The notes beneath the pieces were generated by a model that searched no databases, was not told where the DNA came from, and saw only the letters and a program-made list of their open reading frames with translations. Positions 27,065 through 35,705 of a stretch of 64,000 bases of DNA are shown in pieces. Both the position numbers and the translations under genes were made by a program. Source of the stretch: a virus; IMG/VR virus record IMGVR_UViG_3300046787_000200, positions 213,090 to 277,089 of that record. The stretch is one strand, 5' to 3'. The stretch's first letter is position 1; the number at the start of each line of letters is the position of its first letter.

Positions 27065-28414
27065 ATGAGTGCAAGTTGGATTAATAAACTAAACGAATCA
27101 GATAGTCGCCTTCATAAGGAAGATGTACTCAAACAGGCATTAGAGGCAAGTGTCCTCGGTAGTGACAATGCTATCAAATTTTTGACATTGACTAAACTTA
27201 CATATAATCCCTATGTGACATTCGGTGTCAGAAAAGTTCCTGATACTGTGGGCATCGTTGATGCAGAAAATCCTTGGGAAGACTTTGATAAACTATTGTG
27301 TGAGTTAGGTTCACGAGGCTTGTCAGGTAATGCCGCACTTGATGCTATCAATGAAATGAGTGAGCGGTTTAACAGTGACGAATGGAATACATTCTGTGCT
27401 CCTGTTATTCGCAGAGACTTACGAGCAGGTATTAGCGATAAGACAATCAATAAAGTTTGTAAAAAGACTGACTACGAGATTCCTGTATTCGGTTGTCAGT
27501 TAGCAACTAACTGTGAAGGTCGCCCAGAGATGAAGGGTACTAAGCGTTTAGAGCCTAAACTTGATGGTGTGCGTGTATTGATGTTTGTGATTCCCGGTGC
27601 AGATTTCGGCATCACTACAGTTTGCTATAGTCGTAATGGTAAAGTGTTTGATAACTTTACACATATTGAACAACAAGTTAGTGATAACTTTGTTAAGATT
27701 GTTCGTGCTTGTAATGGTACCGATCAAGGTCGTAGTTTGATTGATGGCTTTGTATTAGATGGTGAAGTGATTGGTAATACATTCCAAGAACTGATGCGAC
27801 AGGCACGCCGTAAGACTGATGTACAAGCCGATGATAGTGTGTTTAATATCTTTGATATTATTCCATTAAGTGATTTCCGTCAAGGTCATTATAATGCACA
27901 ATTGCGTAAGCGTATCGCATTACTTGATAGTATGCGCCCAGTCGTTGACGAAATGCCCAATGTAGAGTTGTTGCCACACATCATGGTTGACTTAGATACT
28001 GCGGCAGGCAAGGATCAGTTCAATAGATATTGTAGAGATATGGTAGAAGCTGGTTTTGAAGGTGTGATGATTAAAGAGTTAGAAGCACCATACATCTGTA
28101 AGCGTAGCACTGATTGGATGAAATATAAACCCACATTAACGGTAGATTTGGAGGTCGTATGTGTTGAAGAAGGTACTGGTAGAAACTTGGGAAGACTTGG
28201 AGCATTGGTTTGTCATGGAGTTGACGACGGGAAAGAAATTACAGTCAATGTGGGTAGTGGCTTTAGTGATGGTGATCGAGATGATTACTGGACTAATCGC
28301 AATCTGGTCATTGGTCGAACTGCTGAAGTATTGTGTGATGTGATTACACAGAACAGGGATGGTACTTACAGTTTGCGTTTCCCTCGCTTTATTAGATTCA
28401 GGGATGACAAATGA
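27065..28414 (+). CDS. ATP-dependent DNA ligase
   Basis: Motif I EPKLDGVR (KxDGxR). Start set at the ATG after AAGGAG. Size is T4/T7-ligase-like. Confidence 0.7.
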   Translation: MSASWINKLNESDSRLHKEDVLKQALEASVLGSDNAIKFLTLTKLTYNPYVTFGVRKVPDTVGIVDAENPWEDFDKLLCELGSRGLSGNAALDAINEMSERFNSDEWNTFCAPVIRRDLRAGISDKTINKVCKKTDYEIPVFGCQLATNCEGRPEMKGTKRLEPKLDGVRVLMFVIPGADFGITTVCYSRNGKVFDNFTHIEQQVSDNFVKIVRACNGTDQGRSLIDGFVLDGEVIGNTFQELMRQARRKTDVQADDSVFNIFDIIPLSDFRQGHYNAQLRKRIALLDSMRPVVDEMPNVELLPHIMVDLDTAAGKDQFNRYCRDMVEAGFEGVMIKELEAPYICKRSTDWMKYKPTLTVDLEVVCVEEGTGRNLGRLGALVCHGVDDGKEITVNVGSGFSDGDRDDYWTNRNLVIGRTAEVLCDVITQNRDGTYSLRFPRFIRFRDDK

Positions 28415-28671
28415 ACGAAAAGATTAAACTACTTGCCAAACAGGCTGGAGGCAATCCTAACTATAAAGCATTCAGGGGCCACCCCTTACCTCCCCCACCT
28501 GACTACATCGATCCTGCTACAGTAGATTTGGCTAAGTTCGCAGAGTTGATTGTTCGGGAATGTGCCAGAGTTATTGATCGTGGCGATGGTGAAATGTCAA
28601 GTATGGATGAAACCATTTGGTGCAATGTGTGTAGAGACGATATTTTAGAACATTTTGGAGTGGAAGAATGA
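28411..28671 (+). CDS. KFAELIVREC/HFGVEE paralog family member
   Basis: FAELIVRECARVIDRG and a C-terminal EHFGVEE that contains the next ribosome-binding site and ATG. Confidence 0.45.
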   Translation: MNEKIKLLAKQAGGNPNYKAFRGHPLPPPPDYIDPATVDLAKFAELIVRECARVIDRGDGEMSSMDETIWCNVCRDDILEHFGVEE

Positions 28672-28901
28672 CTTATGAAGAAGCAAAAAATCTTAAATCG
28701 TTTAAGAACTATTGCAACTGTGGTGGTAGTGCTTGGACGATGAATGATCGTAATCCTGCAAGACCACATATGAGTTGGTGCCCACAGATTGAAGAATACA
28801 ATGAGTGGTATGATTTAGTTGGGGCAGAACTTATTGCCAAAGACAGAAAAGAAACTAAAAGTAAGTTGGGTTATAGTAGAATAGGATTGGGGAATGTATG
28901 A
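28668..28901 (+). CDS. hypothetical protein
   Basis: 77 aa, ATGA overlap. Confidence 0.4.
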   Translation: MTYEEAKNLKSFKNYCNCGGSAWTMNDRNPARPHMSWCPQIEEYNEWYDLVGAELIAKDRKETKSKLGYSRIGLGNV

Positions 28902-29125
28902 AAGTTGAGATTTGTCGGCCAGACGGAACACCATATCTAACCCTGCGTAAGGATGATAGGTTAGCTTATATCCAAATACACGATTATGATTTTTTGGGAG
29001 ATCCCATTGAGTTTAACTTTGATAGGCGAACTATCCCAGCACTGATTGATGCACTCAGCAGACTTCAGCGTGGAGAAGATAGTTCAACCATTCGCACCCA
29101 CTACTTTAATCAGGATATAGAATGA
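28898..29125 (+). CDS. hypothetical protein
   Basis: 75 aa, ATGA overlap. Confidence 0.4.
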   Translation: MKVEICRPDGTPYLTLRKDDRLAYIQIHDYDFLGDPIEFNFDRRTIPALIDALSRLQRGEDSSTIRTHYFNQDIE

Positions 29126-29433
29126 TACACATTACTGAAGAAGGCGGAGTGATTCGCAATGGTTTGAATTTTTACCCGCTAACGGATAAAAGCAGTTTTG
29201 GGTTTAGGTTTCGTTATGGATCAAAAATCTTTTGGTTTCGGTATAGCCGAATCACTCAACGCTGGACCATTAAAAACAGCACCAATCTGGTTGATAGTTA
29301 AAAATTTACTTTGGTATTGCCCTAAAATTTACTTTGGTATTGCTCCGGTATAAGAGTAATACTTTTTGCTGACTTGACACAAAATCCATTTGGTTGTATA
29401 ATATACACATAGACAGACAAAAAGGAGAGAAAA

Positions 29434-29637
29434 ATGCGTAGTATCAAAGAAGTCAAAACAGAACTTGAAAAACTCCGTGAAGAATACGAAAGTAAAGTTT
29501 CCTTGCTCAAAACTGAAATAGTAAGTATCCGTGAAAGTCGTGGATATAAACTCAAAGTACCCAAGTATGAAACTTATTACGAACCAGGACGCTCAACAAT
29601 GCCCACACCCTCAGGTGGTATGGGTGCAGGATATTAA
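29434..29637 (+). CDS. hypothetical protein
   Basis: 67 aa. AAAGGAGAGAAAAATG ribosome-binding site. Confidence 0.4.
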   Translation: MRSIKEVKTELEKLREEYESKVSLLKTEIVSIRESRGYKLKVPKYETYYEPGRSTMPTPSGGMGAGY

Positions 29638-29639
29638 GG

Positions 29640-29669
29640 TTGACAATAAATGAGTATTATGTTATAATA
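29640..29669 (+). promoter_or_regulatory. consensus early promoter with conserved leader
   Basis: TTGACA at 29640, TATAAT at 29664 (18-nt spacer). Leader AGAATCTTAGACAGTAAAG. Confidence 0.5.
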
Positions 29670-29701
29670 GAATCTTAGACAGTAAAGAAAAGGACTAACA
29701 A

Positions 29702-29941
29702 ATGAACAAACGAATTAAAGAACTTGCTGAACAATGTACTACAATCAATGATTCTACAACTATTCCAGTTGATAAGGATTTTGACTATGAAAAGTTCGCC
29801 GAGTTGATTATTGCTGAATGTATTGATGTATTCAGTAAAGATTTACCGGATACTACAAGCCCGGATTATCAACTAGGTAGCCTTCCAGAAGTCGTCAATC
29901 GTATCGCTAATGTAGCAGAACATTTCGGAGTTGAACTATGA
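29702..29941 (+). CDS. KFAELIVREC/HFGVEE paralog family member
   Basis: KFAELIIAECIDVF and a C-terminal EHFGVEL with the overlapping next ATG. Confidence 0.45.
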   Translation: MNKRIKELAEQCTTINDSTTIPVDKDFDYEKFAELIIAECIDVFSKDLPDTTSPDYQLGSLPEVVNRIANVAEHFGVEL

Positions 29942-30309
29942 TCGTTCCGGATTTAATCAAAGCAGTTGAACAAGGATTCAGGAAACATACTATGATTGCC
30001 GCAAAAGAAGCCAAAGCACTCTACCACTATAGTGGTGCAGAGGTTGAACAGTTTCTAAAAACTGAAGTTGAGCCTCGAGTGACTGAAGCCGCAAAAGGTG
30101 GTAAGAGGTCGGCTATGATTCATCTTGGCTCAAAAGGTCCGTACGAATATCTTAGTCAATTAGTTACTCCACAACAAATGGCAGCGGTAGCCAGATTGAT
30201 TGAATTGGGCTATAGTGCTCAGATTCAATTGTACGATGAAAAGTATGTTCCAGGCGGTCCAGCTGACGGATCTTTTGAAGCATTCTATGGCATTCAAATT
30301 GGGTGGTAA
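29938..30309 (+). CDS. hypothetical protein
   Basis: 123 aa ORF. Confidence 0.4.
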   Translation: MIVPDLIKAVEQGFRKHTMIAAKEAKALYHYSGAEVEQFLKTEVEPRVTEAAKGGKRSAMIHLGSKGPYEYLSQLVTPQQMAAVARLIELGYSAQIQLYDEKYVPGGPADGSFEAFYGIQIGW

Positions 30310-30312
30310 ATT

Positions 30313-30456
30313 ATGAATTGGCAAGAAGATCCTGATAATCCATTGAAAGAAAAGTTCGCCGAGTTGATTGTTCGGGAATGTGCGTTAGTTATACAAAAGA
30401 AAGTTGGACCAAAGTCTGCCTTAGATGTATTAGAACATTTCGGAGTTGAAGAATGA
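30313..30456 (+). CDS. KFAELIVREC/HFGVEE paralog (47 aa)
   Basis: Not in the track. KEKFAELIVRECALV ... LEHFGVEE, then an overlapping ATG. Confidence 0.4.
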   Translation: MNWQEDPDNPLKEKFAELIVRECALVIQKKVGPKSALDVLEHFGVEE

Positions 30457-30587
30457 GTTGCGATATTATTCCACCACCACCAAGACAGAGATGTGAAGGT
30501 TGTGGGCCGTTAATTAATGGGAAACATACAAGTGTTGTTTGCAAATTTTTACAATGGGTTGATAAACATTTCGGAGTTAAAGAATGA
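30453..30587 (+). CDS. small Cys-rich paralog (44 aa) ending in HFGVKE
   Basis: Not in the track. CEGCGPLINGKHTSVVC, and a C-terminal KHFGVKE that carries the next start. Confidence 0.35.
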   Translation: MSCDIIPPPPRQRCEGCGPLINGKHTSVVCKFLQWVDKHFGVKE

Positions 30588-30814
30588 ACGAACGAATTAG
30601 AGAACTTTTTAAAAAGGCTGGCGGAAAAACATCCACCCGTAATCTCGCAAGCAACCCTGTCCAAGTGGTAAAAACACATGAACTTTGGGATGACCGTATT
30701 GAAAAGTTCGCCGAGTTGATTGTGAAAGAATGTATTGATATTGCTGAACAAACAAGATACGATGGTAAAGTAGTAGCCGAGCGAATCAAGTTTGTTTTCG
30801 GAGTTGAAGAATGA
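30584..30814 (+). CDS. KFAELIVREC/HFGVEE paralog family member
   Basis: KFAELIVKECIDIAEQ and a C-terminal FVFGVEE. Confidence 0.45.
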   Translation: MNERIRELFKKAGGKTSTRNLASNPVQVVKTHELWDDRIEKFAELIVKECIDIAEQTRYDGKVVAERIKFVFGVEE

Positions 30815-31011
30815 ACGAAAATATAAAGGCAGGGGCAAACATTCACGCAGGTGATGGTGGGTATAGTGAAGGCACACAAGAAGCATACGATGAGTTTGTA
30901 AAGATCCGCAACTATCAAGTTATTTGCCCTAAGTGTGGAGTAGATAGACTTAAAGTTGATTGTCCCAATATCAATAGATTAGATTGTGGTATTAAGGTAG
31001 AAGCACAATGA
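30811..31011 (+). CDS. small zinc-ribbon protein
   Basis: CPKCGVDRLKVDCPNINRLDCG. Shares a module with the C-terminus of the next ORF. Confidence 0.4.
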   Translation: MNENIKAGANIHAGDGGYSEGTQEAYDEFVKIRNYQVICPKCGVDRLKVDCPNINRLDCGIKVEAQ

Positions 31012-31334
31012 AAGAACTGATTAGAAAGTTTGAAAAAGAATCTGGCCTTGAAATCTACGGACTCGGAGCGAGACGAGAAAAGTGGGAACACTGTATGGAA
31101 AAGTTCACTGAGTTGGTTGTTCGGGAATGTGTTTCTATCTGTAAAGATAAAGAACGCCCAAATCTATATGGTATTAAAGAAGTTGAAGTAGCGATTAAAC
31201 AACATTTTGGTATTATTGAACCTAAAGGCTGGGTCTGCCCCAAATGCAAGGCTGATAGAACTAAGATTCCTTGCCCATTAGGTTTTGGAGCACAAGTAGA
31301 TGGTCGTTGCCCTATGACTGCGGAGGCACAATGA
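31008..31334 (+). CDS. fusion-type paralog: KFTELVVREC core plus a C-terminal zinc-ribbon module
   Basis: KFTELVVRECVSICKD ... HFGIIEP ... CPKCKADRTKIPCP ... RCP. Confidence 0.45.
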   Translation: MKELIRKFEKESGLEIYGLGARREKWEHCMEKFTELVVRECVSICKDKERPNLYGIKEVEVAIKQHFGIIEPKGWVCPKCKADRTKIPCPLGFGAQVDGRCPMTAEAQ

Positions 31335-31507
31335 TTAAAGTATTATTTGCATTTGTATTACTATTTGCTGTATTTTATGCGGGTATTACACTTGCCCGAA
31401 AAATGACAGGTAAAGAGGCATTAGCCTTGACAAAAATTGCAGGATACAGTATACTATCTTCATTACTGACACTTGCAGTATTAATCTCAATCGTTGTAAT
31501 TTTTTAA
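31331..31507 (+). CDS. small two-helix membrane protein
   Basis: Track ORF trimmed to the ATG after GGAGG (ATGA overlap). Hydrophobic VLFAFVLLFAVFYAGITL and LLTLAVLISIVVIF. Confidence 0.4.
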   Translation: MIKVLFAFVLLFAVFYAGITLARKMTGKEALALTKIAGYSILSSLLTLAVLISIVVIF

Positions 31508-31603
31508 GGACTATAATGTTTCCTGAATTTCTTGTGAGACCATTATATTTTATTCTTGGTTTCGTATTTTGTTTCTTTCTTTTTGTAAAAGGTATTATCT
31601 AAA

Positions 31604-32416
31604 ATGAATCGTTCTATTAAACTCTCTCTTATCGCTATCGCAGTTGCATTGACTAGTGCTTGCACCCGTATTGAAACTGGTGAGGTCGGTGTTCGTGTTG
31701 GCTTTGACAAACAAGTCAAGCCCGGTGAACTTGAACCCGGTAGCTTCAACCAAGTGCTTGTCGGTGATGTGTTGACCTTCCCATACAAGGATGTTAATAT
31801 CACTATTGACAATATGACTCCTGTTGCGAAAGACAACAGCACTATGAAAGACCTTGATGCGGTGATTGTTTACAACATCAACAAGAATCAAGCCGCTGAA
31901 CTGTATTCTACCAAGAACCGCAGTTTCCACGCTGACTTCAAAGGCGACACTTACTTGATGTATAACTACATTGTTCAGAATGCCCGTAATGCTATCTACA
32001 AGTCTGCACGAAAGTATGAAGCATTGGATATGGCAGACAATCGCACTGAGATGGAGAATTACATCAAAGATGAAATCACACGCAACCTTGCAGAAGAAAA
32101 ACTAGATGGTAGTATCACTATCACACAGGTTATGATTCGTACTGTAGTTCCAAGTGATACAGTTGTTGCAAGTGCAAATGATTTGGTTCGTAGTAAAAAC
32201 GAATTGAAGCAAAAAGAAGTTGAAGTTAAAACTGCTGAAGCAGAGGCCCGTCGTATTGCGGCTCTAGCACAAAATGCAGGTGCTATTCAATATATGGATG
32301 CTCAGGCTCGTATGAAGCAAGCAGATGCGGCACTTGAAACTGCTAAGGCTATTGCATCATTCAAGGGTAATACTCTTGTGATTGGTGCTGGAACTAATGT
32401 CAATGTAGGTAAATAA
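31604..32416 (+). CDS. SPFH/Band-7 (stomatin/HflK-like) domain lipoprotein
   Basis: Lipobox LTSAC. IETGEVGVRVGF ... DLDAVIVYNI is SPFH-like. Coiled-coil C-terminus. Confidence 0.55.
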   Translation: MNRSIKLSLIAIAVALTSACTRIETGEVGVRVGFDKQVKPGELEPGSFNQVLVGDVLTFPYKDVNITIDNMTPVAKDNSTMKDLDAVIVYNINKNQAAELYSTKNRSFHADFKGDTYLMYNYIVQNARNAIYKSARKYEALDMADNRTEMENYIKDEITRNLAEEKLDGSITITQVMIRTVVPSDTVVASANDLVRSKNELKQKEVEVKTAEAEARRIAALAQNAGAIQYMDAQARMKQADAALETAKAIASFKGNTLVIGAGTNVNVGK

Positions 32417-32545
32417 ATAGCATGTACCGACTATTCTATAAAATAGGATATGAGGTCGGTACATGCCTCTCATTATTATTGAGCAGGCAATCAATCACAA
32501 TGTGGGCTATGCTCACAATTTTTTATATTTTAAAAGGAAATTAAA

Positions 32546-32863
32546 ATGGCAACAAGAGTAATGATGAAGAATACTAAAACAGGTATTCGCAAAGAAGGTT
32601 ATTTTGGATTCAGTTGGACATACTTGTTCTTTGGATTCTGGGTACCATTGTTTAGAGGTCACTTCCCAATGGCAGGTATTCACCTAGTCATTAGTTTCAT
32701 CAGTGTCTTTATGTTTGGAATTCCACAACTTGTTCTTGCTTTCTTCTTCAATAAGTTTTATACTCTAAGACTCATTGAAGATGGTTATGAATTTGATGAT
32801 GATGAACAATTAGTAAAAACTGCATCTACCATCTTAAATATCGCACAACCTACAAAATCATGA
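32546..32863 (+). CDS. membrane protein
   Basis: 105 aa with two hydrophobic helices. AAAGGAAATTAAAATG ribosome-binding site. Confidence 0.45.
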   Translation: MATRVMMKNTKTGIRKEGYFGFSWTYLFFGFWVPLFRGHFPMAGIHLVISFISVFMFGIPQLVLAFFFNKFYTLRLIEDGYEFDDDEQLVKTASTILNIAQPTKS

Positions 32864-32977
32864 TGACCTTGAACGAATTCTCTATGTTTGTCGCTGGAGT
32901 TATCTGGGGCATCTTTATTATTAAGCCGTTATGGGAAATAGGGGCAAAGATTTACAAGAACGCTAAGGAGGCGCAAA

Positions 32978-33253
32978 ATGGTAACAATCGTTAAACATGA
33001 GTGGCATCAACATGATCGCCAATACGCAATTGAACTTGATGAGGCACTATTAAGTGAAATCTATCCTGATTTGGATGAAGATGAAATCGCACAGAAACTT
33101 GCTGATATTGAATCAGGTGAAGTTGATTACGAAGAAGTTATCAACGATGCCTACGAGAATGATGTAGAGATTGAATGGGACTTTCAATATGATGATTGTT
33201 GGACTGACCGCAAAGGTGGTTATGATGTTACATATGAATTGGTCAATAAATGA
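32978..33253 (+). CDS. small highly acidic protein
   Basis: 91 aa, about one third D/E. AAGGAGG ribosome-binding site. Confidence 0.45.
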   Translation: MVTIVKHEWHQHDRQYAIELDEALLSEIYPDLDEDEIAQKLADIESGEVDYEEVINDAYENDVEIEWDFQYDDCWTDRKGGYDVTYELVNK

Positions 33254-33453
33254 CTGACGATCCTAACTTATTAGTTGGTAAATCGTTTGTCTTTGAGGAT
33301 GGGGCTGAAATAACAGTAACACAGGCTAAGTTACGTGATGAAGGTATATATTGGGTAACATATATTACTAAAACAGGTCCCGGTATACCCGTAAGATATG
33401 TAATGAGACATGAAGAATTTATCAATACATATGGTCATTTGTTTAAAGACTAA
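33250..33453 (+). CDS. hypothetical protein
   Basis: 67 aa, ATGA overlap. Confidence 0.35.
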   Translation: MTDDPNLLVGKSFVFEDGAEITVTQAKLRDEGIYWVTYITKTGPGIPVRYVMRHEEFINTYGHLFKD

Positions 33454-33460
33454 ATATTAG

Positions 33461-35029
33461 ATGCGCTTAAAATTCCTATCTTTTTCAAATCTTACATTAT
33501 TGGTTGCACTATCATTAAGTTCAGTAGCAGCCTGGTATAGTATCATTGGCTTAACCGCTATCTTTGCAGGTGCGGTTATTCCTGTTATCATTATGGGTTC
33601 TATACTCGAAGTAGGTAAGATTACTACTACAGTATGGTTACGTAAATACTGGCATCGTGCTAGTTGGGTACTCAAACTATATCTTGTTCCTGCTGTTGTA
33701 GCATTAGCATTACTCACAAGCATGGGTATCTTTGGCTTCTTAAGTAAAGCGCACATGGACCAAGGTATCACATCAGGTGATGTGCAGGCTAAGTTAGCAC
33801 TTTATGATGAGAAGATAAAGACACAAAGAGATAATATTGAGTTAGCACGTAAAGCATTAACTCAAATGGATAACCAAGTTGACCAACGATTAAGTAGAGG
33901 TGATAGTGAAACTAGTGCTGAACGTGCAGTTGCTATTCGTAGACAACAAGCAGGTGAACGTAGTAAACTACAAAAAGATATTGGTGATGCACAAACACAA
34001 ATTGCTAAACTAAACGAAGAACGTGCGCCTATTGCGGCAGAGAATCGTAAAGTAGAAGCAGAAGTAGGTCCTATCAAATATATTGCCGCATTAATTTATG
34101 GTGATACTGCTGATAATAATATGTTAGAAAGTGCGGTAAGATGGGTTATTATATTATTGGTTGTTGTATTTGATCCATTGGCAATTGCACTTGTTCTTGC
34201 CGCTAATGCAAGTAAAGAATGGGATCTTGAAGAACCCGCAGAATATGATAAACCAGATGCATGGGTTGCTGATGTAGGTGAAAAACCTACTGTAGAAGAA
34301 ATTGAACCAGCATACGAGCCAGATGACGGTCCATTAACTGAAGAACAGATTGAACAAATCAAAGAAAGTGTCGATCCTGCTCCACCTGGATGGATGTTTG
34401 AGAAAAGTTCTATTATAAAAGATGAACCAGAAAAGTCAGTTGCAGAGTTGCATCCATACTTGAATCAGCCGTTCACACACTTTACTGATACTAAGCCAAT
34501 GGTTGCGCCCAAAGAAGAAGTAAAAGAAGAACCTATCGTTGAGAAAAAGCTAAAGAAGAAACGTGCTAAGAAAAAGGTTGAGCCAACTATTGAAACAGTA
34601 GACGTAACTACTGAAGAAGTTGTATTGCCTCCGGTAACAAAGTATAAAGAAATGCCTGGTGGTTATGTTGACTTTGAAGGTAAGCAGATTCAAAAAGATG
34701 CATTAAAGAGTTTGCGTCCGGATTTGTTTATGGTTAAACCAGACAGAACAAATGGGCAAGTTGAAACAGATTTTGGAACAAAGTTCCCCGAAACAGCAAA
34801 ACGTGGTAATATCTTTGTTCGTGTAGATGTTTCTCCCAATCGTGTCTATAAGTTTGATGGCCGTCAATGGATTGAAATGCAAAAGGAACAAACCGATACA
34901 TACCTTCACAACCAAAAGTATATTGAATTCCTAGTAGGAAAAATAGAAAAAGGTGAGTATGATATCGAGTTATTGTCCGATACCGAACGTGAAGAAATTG
35001 CCCAATATTTAGGTAACCAAAAGAGTTGA
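33461..35029 (+). CDS. large membrane protein with an N-terminal multi-TM region and extended coiled-coil/charged domains
   Basis: 522 aa. Three or four hydrophobic helices in the first 100 aa, a heptad-like charged middle section, and another TM around residue 225. Confidence 0.5.
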   Translation: MRLKFLSFSNLTLLVALSLSSVAAWYSIIGLTAIFAGAVIPVIIMGSILEVGKITTTVWLRKYWHRASWVLKLYLVPAVVALALLTSMGIFGFLSKAHMDQGITSGDVQAKLALYDEKIKTQRDNIELARKALTQMDNQVDQRLSRGDSETSAERAVAIRRQQAGERSKLQKDIGDAQTQIAKLNEERAPIAAENRKVEAEVGPIKYIAALIYGDTADNNMLESAVRWVIILLVVVFDPLAIALVLAANASKEWDLEEPAEYDKPDAWVADVGEKPTVEEIEPAYEPDDGPLTEEQIEQIKESVDPAPPGWMFEKSSIIKDEPEKSVAELHPYLNQPFTHFTDTKPMVAPKEEVKEEPIVEKKLKKKRAKKKVEPTIETVDVTTEEVVLPPVTKYKEMPGGYVDFEGKQIQKDALKSLRPDLFMVKPDRTNGQVETDFGTKFPETAKRGNIFVRVDVSPNRVYKFDGRQWIEMQKEQTDTYLHNQKYIEFLVGKIEKGEYDIELLSDTEREEIAQYLGNQKS

Positions 35030-35035
35030 AAACAA

Positions 35036-35064
35036 TTAAGTATTAGTATATAATATACATATTG
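35036..35064 (+). promoter_or_regulatory. sigma70-like promoter TTGAAA-N17-TATAAT
   Basis: Upstream of the lipoprotein gene at 35085. Confidence 0.4.
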
Positions 35065-35084
35065 TAACAACTATCGGAGTAATT

Positions 35085-35705
35085 ATGAAGCTCACGCTTA
35101 TCGCATTGTCTTGTGTAATCTTTGCAGGATGTGCTAGTAATAAAGGTGAAATTCCTACTATTGAATCACAATCATTCAAAATCAGTAAAAATGAATCAAT
35201 CAAAATTGATAAAGCATGTGGTTGGATTCAACGAGATAAATGTACTATTGAAAGAATCGAAGCTGTTGGTGTTCAACCATCAGTAGGTGCAACACGTTCA
35301 TTGCAAAAATCAACTACACTTATGGCTTGTGATAACGCTAGAGCCAACGTAGTTAGTTATGTGTTCGGCACTAATGTTAGTGAGAATAGAGTTGCACGAA
35401 CAAAGAACAAGCAGAATGAAAATCAAAAAGACCGTGTAAAGTCTAAGACTGAGATTGGTCAAGATGTTGATATGGCAAGTGATGACAATGAGAAAGATAC
35501 TAATTACAGTATCCGAGAAGCATTGATTAACTCTGACATTGATATGGTTCGAACAATCACTACATCTAGTCAAGGTAAATTAGTTGGATTTAGGATTGAA
35601 GATGCTAGACCAATTGATGCTAAAACAATTGCTTGTACTATCACTTGGAGCAAGAATGATAGCCAAGATTTGAAGAAAGTCCGTAGTTTAATTTCAGGAC
35701 AATAA
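35085..35705 (+). CDS. lipoprotein (LPP20-like)
   Basis: Lipobox IFAGC and an LPP20-like VGVQPSVGATRS ... A..A..V block. Confidence 0.45.
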   Translation: MKLTLIALSCVIFAGCASNKGEIPTIESQSFKISKNESIKIDKACGWIQRDKCTIERIEAVGVQPSVGATRSLQKSTTLMACDNARANVVSYVFGTNVSENRVARTKNKQNENQKDRVKSKTEIGQDVDMASDDNEKDTNYSIREALINSDIDMVRTITTSSQGKLVGFRIEDARPIDAKTIACTITWSKNDSQDLKKVRSLISGQ

